Source: Paraspadella gotoi (taxonomy: Eukaryota > Animalia > Chaetognatha). From it: a stretch of DNA of 64,000 nt. Made by a program: the position numbers and the translations under genes. Below are positions 27,482-41,249 of the stretch, one piece after another. The stretch lies in the NCBI GenBank assembly GCA_051294375.1, contig CM119263.1:7410829-7474828 (forward strand), written 5' to 3'. Each line of letters begins with the position of its first letter. Position 1 is the first letter of the stretch. Under the pieces are notes generated by a model. It was not told the DNA's origin and did no database searches. It saw only the letters and a list, made by a program, of their open reading frames with translations.

Positions 27482-27849
27482 TTTCCCACATTAACGAACG
27501 AATGTCCAGTCGTTTTCATGGTAGTCCAAATATTTTATCGTAGTCATACAGTAATTCGATTATTACCTTAATTTTAAATTGTCGACTCAGCGAATCGAGC
27601 CTCGTGGTCAATACTGTTTCGGAGGAGAAATACATCAACATCGAAAAGAAAAGATTAAAAAGAAAAAAAATAGGATTAAACGAATGAATTAAGTAAAGAT
27701 ATATTAAGAAAGAACCATTCCACCGAACAAAAACGTTAGAACAACAAAAGTGATCCTTTGTTACCAACTTCCCGAGTTTCCTAATCACTGCGCAGTTTCT
27801 GTGTTATTCCTTCGTGTATTTTCTTTATTTCTTATTCCTTACCGTCCCT

Positions 27850-27925
<76 letters not shown>

Positions 27926-28615
27926 CTCTCCATCCATAGACGCCGCTGGTTTTACTAAGGAGATAGGATTTTGTGAAGCGAGACCGCGTCAGACGCAGCG
28001 ACCGCCGCGGCGTCCGTCCGCTGCTGCAGCCATTTCGCCGCCGACGCCGCCTCCGACGCCGCCGCCGAGTCTCGAGATGAAATATCGTATTTTCTCGACT
28101 GACCATCGGATTCAAAGGCTGCAGCCACTGAAAAAAAAACCGCCGCGGTCTCCGCCTCAGCCGCGACGGCGCGCAGTTGCCGAGATAGGGAGAAAGAGAG
28201 AGCGAAAAGGAAAAAGAATCTTAAAAACGGAAAAACCGCGGGGGTGGGTCGGGAGCTAATGCAGGGGGGGGAGTGAAATTCGAGGCTGGGTTGAGAGTGG
28301 AGAGTGTGAAGGTGGTCGGTCAAGAAAATCGCAGGCGACGAATGAGAAAAAAAGGTGAAAGTTGGAAGACGAAAATTTATTCTCAAAATATTTTGATCGG
28401 AGATTTAGCGACGAATACTTATTCCGTTAAGGTTAAACTCTTTATGATATTATTTATTTTAACCATTTTTGTGAGCTCGGTTTTTTCTTTCGTCGGTTTG
28501 AACGACCTCGTAGCCTTTCCGGAGGTCTGGTCAAAAAATTTGGTTATAACTCGCAAAAACTCTTAGTGTCCCCCCCCTCGCCTCCTAACAGACTAACCCC
28601 CCTTCCGTTTCGCAG

Positions 28616-28706
28616 GCCCCCGAGACGAGCCTTTGAACGCAGCCTTCGGCGTTCCTCGGCAGGAACTGGACTGAGGCAGTCGCCTCTGCCAGCCGTCCTC
28701 TTAATG
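28616..28706 (+). CDS. Candidate 91-nt exon with full splice signals; frame and product unknown (may be UTR)
   Basis: Branch point ACTAAC (28592-28597), polypyrimidine tract, ttcgcag| acceptor and ATG|gtaaac donor. Frames: PPRRAFERSLRRSSAGTGLRQSPLPAVLLM (open) or PRDEPLNAAFGVPRQELD*. Confidence 0.5.
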
Positions 28707-29310
28707 GTAAACAGAACAAAATGTTTTTGATGCATGTTGGCAAATATAGTAAAATGCCCAGAACCAGAGATGGAGAGAGAGAGGAGAAAGAGAGAGAGAT
28801 GACAAGAGAGAGCAGAGATCGAGAGATGAAGAGATCGGCGAGAGACGATAGGAAGAAGAGGAGAGAGAGAGAGAGACATTGACCACTAAAACAGAGAGAA
28901 TTCGAGATTGGAAAGAATCTAAAAAAGAAAGAGACAGGAGAGCGAGAATGAGAGAGAGAGAGAGACGGAGAAAAAAGGGAGAAGTGAGAAAAGATAAGAA
29001 TTGAGGAAACCTTTCTCAAAAAAGGAGGGAGAGGGTGAGAAAATTTGAAAGAGAACGGCCAGAGGGAGAGAGAAATAAAGAAAGAGACGAGAGAGAAGGA
29101 AAAAAAAAATCTGACCACCACAAATTCTGACGTTTATTGAACGGCGGAACCACAATGTCTTCCCAGTTTGACATTTTATATATAGAATTATGAGAGAAGC
29201 GAATTTCTTGGAAGGAAAACCCATAGAGGTTTTATTTCCCGACTTTACCTCTCTCCTCCATTGCTTCGGGCGGGGTTTCTCGGTGAGCTTTTCTTTCCTC
29301 CTTTCGTGGG

Positions 29311-29426
<116 letters not shown>

Positions 29427-29894
29427 CTTTCTTCTTTGTTTCTTTCCTTATCTCTCTTTAAAACTCACTCAACCCCTCTCTCTCAAAACCGTCTCACTTT
29501 TTCGCACGGCAAATCACAGGCATTTTTTTCATTAACTTCGTCGGGATTTCGCGACTTCGTTTTCTCCCTCAAACTGAAAAGTCGACCTCCTCATATTTTT
29601 ATATTTATTATCTTTTGGCGGCGGTTTTTATTTCCCTCGAAATTGTTTGAATAGAAAACACATCAAAGTGCGGGCTTTGAAAACTATTTGATAATTGAAC
29701 GTTGTAAAAATGTGAACTTTTCTCGTAATTGGCTGTGACCCTCAGGCGAAAAAGGGGGGGGGGATCGAGAGCTAAAAAATCACTTCTTTTTTTTGCGGGT
29801 TTGGCCAAATGAAAAAAAAAATGCTGGTTTCGTTTTTATTCAAATGAAATCTGATTAACAGAATGAAGATAATTCAGAGAGTGAGATTGCGGTT

Positions 29895-30020
<126 letters not shown>

Positions 30021-30359
30021 ATGATTTTTCGTTGTTGAAATCGAGCCTCGGGCTTTGATGGCTGTTGTTCTGACGTCATCGGACCTCATCACAATTTTTT
30101 TTTATCTCGATTCTCGATTCGATTTCAATTCTTTACATGCGCTTCCATAGTCCGCAGTCTGTCCAGTCTGTTCCTCGGTGCTCTCTCTCCCACTTTTTTT
30201 TTCATTTTGATACATATTTTATTCGGTCAGTACTCGATTCGTTCTTCTTCCTCCTGCTCTTCCTTATCTAATCATCTCTCGCTTTTTTTTCATATTTCTT
30301 TGTCTTCAGTTTGTCTTTGTTTTTGTCTTCGTATTTCTTTCTTTCTCTCTAATATCTTT

Positions 30360-30398
30360 CTTTCTTTCGTTCGTTCGTTCGTTCGTTCGTTCGTTCGT

Positions 30399-30482
<84 letters not shown>

Positions 30483-30487
30483 TCATT

Positions 30488-30531
<44 letters not shown>

Positions 30532-30532
30532 T
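30360..30532. repeat. (CGTT)n-(CTTT)n compound microsatellite
   Basis: Seen directly in the sequence. Confidence 0.9.
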
Positions 30533-31430
30533 TGTCACAGAAGAAGCTTCATCAAAATAATTTTCGCCCTACAAACTCGATTGCAACTGACACCTTTTCC
30601 CATTCTTTTTCCAATTTAACATCGAAATTCATTCAGATTCTTATTCTCGTTATCCCCCTTATCTTTTCATTCAATTCTTCTTCCCTACCCCTAACTTGTA
30701 AATCGCCCTCCCTCTTCCTCCTCTTCCTCTCTCTCTCCCGCCCCCCTCCCTTCTTCCTCTACAGAAAAAAAAAACCCTAAAATGTAAATCTGTCTTATCG
30801 CCGCATTGTAAAAACTAGCGGCTCAGCGTCTTTTTGTGGTTGGAGAAGAAAAATCTTGAATCAACAGAAGGCCCCTGCGTTGTTTACTGTGAGCGGGGCC
30901 AGTTTTAAAGGTCGCAGAGGTCGCGGACAGAGGGAAGGGAAAGGGGGGGAGCGGGGAGGGGCAGGCCGACGCTAGAGATTGCGCTACTGGCCGACACGAT
31001 CGCCGACGATCGCCGACGTCGGCTCAATCACGTAATTTCTACTAAGTTTTAAATTTTTTTTTTTTTTCAAATTTATTTCCGTGGGTAAGATGTAAGGGAT
31101 TTATTCGCTATACTGTTGTTACAATGTCGTTGTTATGACGTCAGTGTTATTAATCGCTATTTAAAAAAATTCTGGTCATCGTTGTCGAGGATGAAGACGT
31201 CGGGTCTGAAATCAAAATTAATGAGTCGTACTGACTCAATGTTCCATTAATTAAAAAATAACTTTAATGACGTTATAAAGAACAAAATATAATATAACGC
31301 AACCAATATAAAGGTTATCCATTCATTAAATAAATAAGTTATCTTGCCCCTGACAATAAGAAATTTGACTATTCTTTCTTCCCTTCCTTTTTGCTGATCC
31401 AAAAGAAAGTGTTTAATTTAATTTTGTCTC

Positions 31431-32985
31431 TTTTTAGCCGGATCTGCTTAGAGCAGATTCCGGCTCTATAATTCACTTTGTCGGTCCGTCACAAGTATGT
31501 CATCCTTCAGAATCGCCCTCCCCCGGGGGCGCTGCTAGGGGCGGCTCCGCGGGGTGCCCGCGGGGCGGCCCCGGGGGGCAAGCAAATCCTTACTGCCTGG
31601 GGGCGGCCCCCTGTAGCCTCTTTTTTTAGGCCCCAAGGGGCCACTCCAGGGGGAATCCCCCAGGGGCTAGAAAAAACCTTTCCCCTGGGGGCTACCCCCA
31701 GGGGATGAATTTGCCTGCCCCCTGGAACGGCTCTCTCTCCCTTCTATTTCTCTCTCCCTTTCCTCTCTCTCTCTTCTCTCTCTCCTCTCTCTCTCTCTCT
31801 CTTTCTCTATCTCTTTTTTTTTCATCTTTTATTAAAATAAAACATAAAAATAAAAATAATATATTTTTCACTTCAATTAATCAATCAATGAACCAATAGC
31901 TGCGCCAATACCAATATGCATAATTTGGTCAACTGACATAATTTGGTCAACTGATATAATTTGTCAACTTTTAGAATTTGGTAAACTTTCATTAATGTGG
32001 TAAACTTTAATATTTAGCTAATTATTAATTTCATCTGTGAGAAATAGAAAGAGAGAAAGAAAGAAAAAAATTTTTTAATAAAATTCAAGTAAATGTAACT
32101 TTCATATTTTTCCATTAAAACTTACTTTCACTTGCACACTTTTCACCCACACACAAGATTTTATCTTAATTCATCTATGAAATTTTAAATATTAGAATAA
32201 AGAGTAGGATGGTTTTAATTTTTATTCACTTATAAAAAATAATTATTAATTAATTTAATTAATTATTAATATCAGTCTTTAAGTCCATCCTACATTAGCA
32301 TTAAAATCAAATTATTCGTGATTAGATATATGGATTGGAATGAAATCTTGTGTGTGGTAGAAAAGTGTGTGATGAGCGAGATATAAAAGTTTTGCTCACT
32401 CTCTCTCTCAAACCATCAGCCTTTCCTCAACAACGTGAGTTCATCTGAGGCAATCTACAAACTGACAATTATTAAGTACAAATCTTAAATGAAAAAAATT
32501 TATTTCACGATACAAAACTCATTTAATGTTGATTCTGAATTAAAAATCTTGATAAATAGTTTTTTTTGTTTTTTTTTGGGACTCCATAATTCATTGAGTA
32601 GGTCTGTCGATTACTGCCCATTATTTGTTTATTTATGATTTATTTAATTCTTTTTTGAACATCAAATTATGAATATTTTATTAAAAAAATTATATCTCTC
32701 TCTATCAGTCCATCAGTATGTCCATCCAAAAAAAAAAAAAGGAAAAAAAAATTATTGTGGCCACGTCATACATTGTTTCTATATCTTTTAATTAAAATAA
32801 AATAATTAAGTTTAAAAATACAAATATCTAATTTTTAGATAAAATATGGAATAAACGGGTTAATAATAATTTGAAAAAAAAAGTATATTTTTTTTAGTTA
32901 CATAAAACAAGTCTTGAAAGATAGAGAGAGAGAAAGAGAGAGAGAAAGAAAAAGAAAGAGAGAAAAAGAAAAAGAGAAAAAAAAA

Positions 32986-33020
<35 letters not shown>

Positions 33021-33460
33021 GAAAGAGAGAAAGAGAGAGTAACAGACAGGGAGAGATATTCTCAGGTACAATAACATTGTCAGAAAGTATATTTTCTTAT
33101 CTAAACTTTGCTCTCTCCTTAACTCGCCCCTGGGGAGCACTTTTTTGCTCCCCAAGGGGTTACCCCAGGGCAGACTTTTTTTTAGCCCCCGGGGCCGCCC
33201 CAGGGGGGTTCCCCTGGGGCAAACATTTTGGGTCTATTAGGGGCACCCCCTCAATGACCATTTTGCTGCTCCCCCTGGAATAGTCTGCCCCCTGGGGCCG
33301 CCCTAGAGCCACCCCCGCGGGGCGAAGGATTTGGGAGATGACATATCTCGTCCGTCAGTCCGTAATTAATATTAATTAATTATTTAATTTAATAATTAAT
33401 TAATTAATTATCTGATCAGATGCATACCGCTAATGATCGTGGGCAGGTCCGGCATTGTTT
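31431..33460 (+). mobile_element. HINE/DINE-1-like element family B, interrupted by a nested insertion
   Basis: T-run, then palindrome agccggatctgc-ttaga-gcagattccggct, then gtcggtccgtc. The 3' end taatgatcgtgggcaggtccggcattgttt carries the inverted subterminal repeat. The same ends recur at ~51990 and 62835-63504. Confidence 0.7.
31498..33343. mobile_element. TA-flanked fold-back/MITE-like element with GC-rich imperfect inverted arms
   Basis: TA|tgtcatc ... gatgaca|TA. Arms ~31498-31730 and ~33120-33343 are built of CCCCnGGGG motifs and are inversely similar. Internal ~30-bp inverted repeat at ~32135-32165 / 32340-32370. No ORF. Confidence 0.6.
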
Positions 33461-33983
33461 GGTCAAACTTGTTTTTGGTTGAATGATTAATCAATTCCTA
33501 TACTAGCAGAACATCCATATAGTAAGTTTCATTAGTTCATTAAATCAGAACGTTTTCTACGTATAATTAATTTCGTATTTGTCGCTTTTAATTGAATTTT
33601 TCATTTAGAGAAGTGTAAAAACAATTGATTAATTGTGGATATTTTTCGTATGTACCGAATCACTCAATCAATCACAAGATCCTTTCCTTTTTTTTTTAAA
33701 CTTCCACTTTCCTTTCTGCTTTCAGCGCTGCGTTATCTCCCTCGAAACAGCGTTTAACCCCCCCCTCCCTTTAAAAAAAGGAAAGGGCAAAAAAAAAAAG
33801 GGAAATTTTCAAAGAGCAGCTGGACTTTGCCGCTGCGCTGCCTCAATTTTCTAGCCGCTCCTCCTTTTAGCAGTTTTTTTTTTTCCAAATCCAATTCTGG
33901 AGTAGAGGGGGTCAAATCCACAGCAGTACTGCACACATACACACACACAGTGTCCAGTTTATGAGTCTGCCGCCTCTGGGCTC

Positions 33984-34059
<76 letters not shown>

Positions 34060-34335
34060 GACCGTTTCACGAGAGAAAAACAACCCAACGTTCCTCACGA
34101 ATTCGACCAATTGTGGCGAAAGGAACCTCGGACCCGTTTCTCCTCTCAGCGGCGGTTTAAAGGCCGAAAGGGTTTCACTCCAATCTTTTACATTAAAACT
34201 AGCCTTCACTCGGCCAACTTATGAGGAGGAGGAGGAGCGGGAGGAGGAGGAGGAGAAGAGGATGTTGAAGAGGAAGAGGAAGAGAAACGCTGTTAGATAG
34301 AGGGAGAGGATTTCATTCCACTTTACTGCTTTACT

Positions 34336-34403
<68 letters not shown>

Positions 34404-35161
34404 CGGAGGTGCAGCCAAAAAAAGGAGAGAAAGAAAGAATGAAAGAATGAAAGGACCCAAAACCCTTCCTCTTTTCGCTTTGGTCAGTTTTTCACTGCAG
34501 TTTGAAATTCGAGGCGGAGTTTTTGAGCCTCGGGTCTGAATTCGAGAGAAGAGAGGAATGCGAAAGGAGGAGGAGGAGGAGGAGGAGGAGGAGAGAGGGA
34601 GGGAGGGAGATGAGGTGGAATGGACAAAGAAAGTATCACAGTAATGTGAACAATAATGTAAAGATTCGTGGAGTTGTTAAGTAAAGCTTCAAATTTTATT
34701 TTTCATATTTAAAACATTTCTCAATCAAATCGAAAAATTTTAGAGTTTTTTGAAGTCTAAATTCCGTGAATGTTCAAAATCAAATTATAAAATAAAAAAA
34801 TCTTATTAGTAATATAATTTTAGTTATATTTAGTATTATCATAAGTATATTATATAATATATATATTATTTCGTTTCGACACACTTCATTTATTTTCGCT
34901 CCGATTGATTTTGGTTTTATATTGTGTGTGTGTGTGAGAGAGAAAGAGAGAGAGAGTGAGAGAGAACGAGAGAGACAGAGTTAGCGAAACGGGGTCAAGC
35001 CATGGCCAAAGGGGGAAAAGGAAGAAAGCGAATCCAGGATCGAATTTCTCACTCGCAGATTTCGTGGGAGGGAGGGGGGGGAAGGGAAGTGGATGCGTGG
35101 GGGGGGGGATTAAAAGGGGAAAGGTGAGGATTTGAGGGGGAAAAAGGTAGACTTTTCATCT

Positions 35162-35194
<33 letters not shown>

Positions 35195-35808
35195 GACACA
35201 GACGAGATTCGTGAATTTTTTCCCCCCCTTCTTCCCAGATTTGGGGTTCGGTCAATTTTCTTGAAATTCGAGAGAAACACGCGGCTGCCGCGTTTTTACC
35301 CGACGGCTGCTGCTGATCCGGCCGCGGAGGACCCAGCTGCTGCCGTCGACCTTCGTCGTTATCGTCGTCATCGTTGTTGTTGTTGCGGTTTTTTCATTCT
35401 TTGTCCCTTTGTTTTCCTCGTTTACACAAAGTTTGCGGTGAAAAAATTCCAAATTACGAGTTTGGATCAAAGCTGAGATTAGAGATGACGACGATGACGA
35501 CGACGACGACCACTAACCACTAACCACGTCGACGATGAATGGACCCGGACGATCTTCCATTCGTCCAAAAAGAGGAGGTTACATTTTCCCCTCACCTTCC
35601 CCAATTTCCCGCTCCTTAATTTCCTTTTTTCCTTTTATTTTCTCTTTGATTTTTGTCCTTTTTTTTACGGAAATTTGTCCCTTTTTTTTCTTTTTCGGGG
35701 TTTATTTCTGCCACCGAGTTTTCATGAGGGAAAATGGGCGGCAGTAAAAAGGGAAAGAGAAAATAGGGAAATGAAAATTGATGAGTTTGCGGACGGCGAA
35801 GATAAAAC

Positions 35809-35839
<31 letters not shown>

Positions 35840-37012
35840 AACGACGACGACGTTACCGTCGCCTTTCTTTTGTATAAAAAGCTCACTTTAATATGAACGA
35901 ATGGTCGGTCTGGGGTCTCGCAGCTGAAGAAGTATAATGGCGCTGGTTTTTGCTTAAAAACAGAAAGGGGCAAAAAAAAAAAAAGTAAAAAAAACCCGTC
36001 GTCGCTTTTTCGTTTTTGGTCTTAAGGTTTTTTCTTCCATCCGCGTTAGGAGATGAATTTACGAGCCAAGAATTTAGTGTATCGAGAAGATACTGTATGA
36101 AAACAAAATGTTTTGTGATGGATAACATTTTTATTATCAATATTGTATTTTGTATTTATTCATTAAAATATGTATAAATTATCTAATAAAATAATTTTTA
36201 TTGTGTCGATTCGAAATAGCAAGGAAATCTTTAAAAGCAATTGAAGTAGAATTGAAAAAATGAGAAGTATGCTTGTCATAATATAGATTTTCAAAGACCC
36301 CAAAATCATAACGAGCACTTAAGAAAAGGTTAGCGATTGTTATGGAAGAGTAATACAGAAAGTGTGATGCATAATTACGTCCGCATATCTCGACGGTCGG
36401 ATAAGTGTGCCGCACAATGGATGCGCGGAGGCTTAAAAGGTGGAGCAGTAGTTTGGGAATTGCATGGCGAAAGGTTGAGGCTTAAGTTTTCGGATGAGGT
36501 GACGCCATTCATTCCATTCTTCACTTTTCCTCTCTCTCAACACTTTTTCTTTACGATTTTTCATTATATCGTTTTTTCCCCTTTTTTCTTTTCTTTTTCC
36601 TATTTTTCTTTTTATTTGGTCTGTTTTTTAGTCTTCTTCTTTCCTACTTTGTTTCTTTCTTTGTTTCTTTCCTTCTTTTCTTCTTTCTTTCTCATTTTTC
36701 TCTCTTTTTCACTCTTCCCTTCTTTTTTTCCCCTTTTCCCTTATTTTTTTCCCCCCATTTTTCTTTTCCTTTTTTTCCCTTTCTCCCTTCCCCGCCTCTC
36801 CCCCTCTCCTCCTTTGCTTTCTATTTAATTGGAGGCCCGACGGTTCTCCTTCTCTTTCTTTCTCTCGATCCTCGATCGTCGCCAAAGGTTAACGAATGGA
36901 ACCGCGAAAGATTCCATCCATTCCCGAAGGTTTTCGATAATTAGCGGAAATTTTTTTTTTTTTTTTTATTATTATTATTAATCCGCCAGTCGTTGTTATC
37001 GTCGCCTCGGTG

Positions 37013-37043
<31 letters not shown>

Positions 37044-37549
37044 GAGTCGGTAATTTGATTGGATTTCTGTTTTAAAGGCCGCTCGGGTGACGACATTGAT
37101 TTCTCTCCGATTCATGAACGAAGGAAGGAAATTCTGGAAGAAGAAAAAAAAAGAAAAATCTCCACAGAATATTTTTTTTTTTTTATAAAGAAAAGGGGAT
37201 CGTTGCGGTCGTCGCTCTTTTGTCATTCTTTGCTGAGTCATTTTGTCATTTTGATTCTGCCTTCCTTTTTTTATTAATTTATAACCAGGATTAAGAAAGT
37301 GATAATTGTAGTTTTTAAAAAAATTAAATCCCAAAAATGATAAAAAGTTGCAGAATTCTCCTTCTTCCTCGATTTTATAAAGAAACGTAGAGATACGAGA
37401 AAAGTGATTTAAGTCCCCGACACTTAAAGGACTTAAAATTTAAAACGACAACGAAACTGCTGAAAGTGACCTTGAAGATGTAAAGAAAAAAATACTTTTT
37501 ATATGAAATATGAACTCATGAAATCATCAAAAAATAAACAGCGATCCAG

Positions 37550-37770
37550 ATACTCTTAAATACCCTCAAATGCCCTCAAATACCTTCAAATGCCCTCAAA
37601 TACCTTCAAATAACTTCAAATACCTTTAAATATCTTAAAATGCCCTCAAATGCCCTCAATACCTTCAAATGCACTCAAATACCCTTAAATACCTTCAAAT
37701 ACCCTCAAATACCCTTAAATACCTTAAGATGCTCTCAAATGCCCTCTCATGCCCTCAAATACCTCAACTA
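37550..37770. repeat. 10-bp minisatellite (aaatRccYtc)n
   Basis: About 20 degenerate units such as aaataccctc, aaatgccctc and aaataccttc. Confidence 0.85.
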
Positions 37771-37953
37771 CCGTCAGATGCCATCTACCAGAAAGATCTC
37801 TCGATGTTTTTGTTCAGAAATCGATTCGCCTAATGAACCTTTTTTTTCTTAAGCGATTAATATTAACGCAGCAAAATGTTATATATATGATATAATCGTC
37901 TCATCCAGAAGGAAATATAATGTCGCTCATTGGCTCCGGGAAAATAACTTCGC

Positions 37954-38003
<50 letters not shown>

Positions 38004-38998
38004 ATTTTTAATATGTTTCTTTCTTTTTCCTTCTTCCTTTCAGTTATTATTATTTTTTATTAATGTCATTTCTTATTGATTTCCCTGCGCAATCAACCGG
38101 TTGATGAGACTTTTCTTCTCTCTCCTTATTTTTGAAGATTCGGCGTCGGAAGGAAGAGGGCGTGGCATGGAGAAACGACGACGACAACGACAATAGCGAC
38201 CAGGACAAAGATGTAAGCAACGACATTCGAGCTCGCAATGAGAGCGTAACAGAAAATGACCTTTAATGCATTTAATCTGGTTGCAGAGACGAAGAAACAT
38301 TTCTGACTATGACAGAGGTGACGCTGACTTTGGAAACGACATTGACGCCTCGAACGATGACAGGGACGACAAGGACAAACACTAAATAAAGACATCAGGA
38401 TCGTCATTCTTTTCAAGACTTTGGGTTTTCTCTCCCCGATACTTTCGTCGAGTTTGTCCTGACTTCCTCTCAGAAAAACCAACCTGCGCATCATTAAGGC
38501 CAACATCACGACAAACAAAAGGCCTTCTTGCCAAAAAAAAAAACAAAAGGCCAATATAAAAACATTTTGATTTTTCCTTAACAAATTATTTTCTATCATT
38601 GACGGTTGACTTCCCAACTTTTAAAACTCACAAAAACACGAATTTACACCGTTGACTGGGTAAGTTAATTTGCCGATCGTTTTAATTTGTTTTGTCAGTT
38701 TGTGTACAAATGTGGAATTTAAAATTTAGAAGTGAGGTTATAAAACAATTGTAAATATATACAAAAACACACATTTAATTCCAACTCCGTTTTGATAATT
38801 CCTACGAATCCTTTCGATCTAAAAAGTTGAATGATAAACCGGTGGAGATTCGCTGTCACAATTTCGGTGATAAACTTTGACCCTCGGCGCGGAAGTCGTC
38901 GTTCCCGTTCTTGTCGATCACGTCTTTTCCAAGATGAAATTCAATAGTCGACTCGTCGGTGTCAAGGAAGACCACGACGTGAAAACCCGTTTCAATAA

Positions 38999-39043
<45 letters not shown>

Positions 39044-39148
39044 GTCGTCATCTATTTCGTCTTCACCTGTTACGGTCCAGAGTCGACGTCCGAAATGACG
39101 ACCTTGAACCAATTATTATTTTCGAGGTCGTCTCTGTCTCTGTCTGTT

Positions 39149-39266
<118 letters not shown>

Positions 39267-39687
39267 GACGTTTTAAGCTTTCAAACATGCGATCACGTGA
39301 TTCTATGGCTACTAAAATCTCGGGGTCAGGGATGCGATCAGATGATCACGAAAAAATATTCAGCTCTTGATGTCGAACGAGTTATCATTTAGTTAAAAAA
39401 TAACTAATGAGAGAATCCCATAATTATATGTTTTGTTTAATTAAATGTATCACCAAATAATTGTATGTATATTTAAAAAAGCAATGCCCTCGCTTTTAGT
39501 GTGGAGTAGATCGTCGCGGTTGCAAGGGCTCATGTCGAGGGCGCGAACGATTAGGGGAAGAGCGGGAGAAAAATGAGACACTTTCGATTCAAATTTTGTG
39601 AAAGAAAGTGACATACGAAGCGCTTAAATGAAGACGGATCTAAAACTGAGAGAGAAGGGAGAGAGAGAGAGAGAACAGAGAGAGAGA

Positions 39688-39772
<85 letters not shown>

Positions 39773-41249
39773 AAGAAAGATAGACACATTCACAAAAAAG
39801 ACAGACAGAAACAGACAGACTCAAATACACACAGAGAGGGGATTTATAAAATTTGAAAAAAAGTTCCTTAAATTTCCCAGCGACGATGACGGTTTCCGGC
39901 GTCACGTTCCGGCGTCGTTTTCCGGCGTCTCTTCCCGGCGTCGTTTCTCGGCGTCCCTTCCTTGAATCGATTCTCCTCCGGTGGCGGAAAAGAATCTTGC
40001 CGGTTAATTTGCTTTATGAGAAAATCGTTCTTGATTCTCTGCAATGCGACGACCGGCTGCCACTTGTCTTACTTTCAGTCTCTCTATTTTTTTTTTTGTC
40101 TCTCTCATATATTTTTTAATTCATCCTTCATTTTTTAAAAAAATATTTTCCACTATTTTTCTGTTTCTCTTTTTTGACTCTTCCTTTAATTTTGTTTTCT
40201 CCTTATCCTTTCATACTTGTTAGTATCCGACTTCCCCTTTCCCAATTTCTTTTTTCTCTCTTCTCTCGCCTTAACCACCCTTTTCCCTTTGGCGTCGGGT
40301 TACGCCCACTTCCTTCTTTTCTCGCGTCTCCATTCAGATCCTCTTTGTCGTTTTCGATTACATCCTCCACGGATGTAGTAGTATTCATTTACACAAACCG
40401 AAAAAAGAAATCTAGATCGATGAGAGAAAAAAAAACAAGAGAAACGAAACGCGTATTACGAAAATTTTCTCCACGCGTAACGTCAACCGTCAGATTACGC
40501 TTTTTCGGCCGACGAACGGCGCACGCGCATTGTCAACGCCCGTACTCGCGAGCGAGTCGAACAAAAGAACAATGAGCGAAACGACGGGCAAATTTTTATT
40601 TGGGAAAAAAAAGGAGAAATCATGCCTGCTCGTATATACTAACTCTCGCGTGCATTGATGTTCGCACGCAGATGCTCATTTTCCAGTCAGAATTTGTGTT
40701 TCCTTGTCTTTTTTTTTTTTGGGCGTCGATCCGGGTGACAATGACCGGACAAAAGGCTGACGATAGGAGACAAAAAAGGTGCGCGTACGTCATGGCACAC
40801 GAAGCGCCACATGTACGAACAGGGAATGAACGAAAGAAACAGGGGGGGGCAATCCCATCTACAATTGACAATTGACAATCTACCATTGACTGTCAACGGC
40901 ATCGTTTCGACGCTATTTAGGATCGCGTACGCCGTACGACGGCTGTACGAGTCTTTTCTTTTCTTGCTTGGATTTGGTTCCGACGAGATCGCGTACTACG
41001 AAGAAGACAAAACATTTTTTCTTCTTTTTACGATTTCTCATTTCCTAATCAGTAAGGAACTACCGAAAGTCTTACTACGTCCGTCTCTATCTCTCTCTCT
41101 CTCGCTCTCTCTCTCTCCTCACCAGTAAGGCAAGAAAAGGTTTACATCTTGGTTATTATAACCGAATTGTTCTTTTTTTCCTATCGTCTTCGTCGTCGTC
41201 ATTGTCGTCTTTGTAAACTGGATTCTCCGTCGTAAATGCAATTCGAGAC

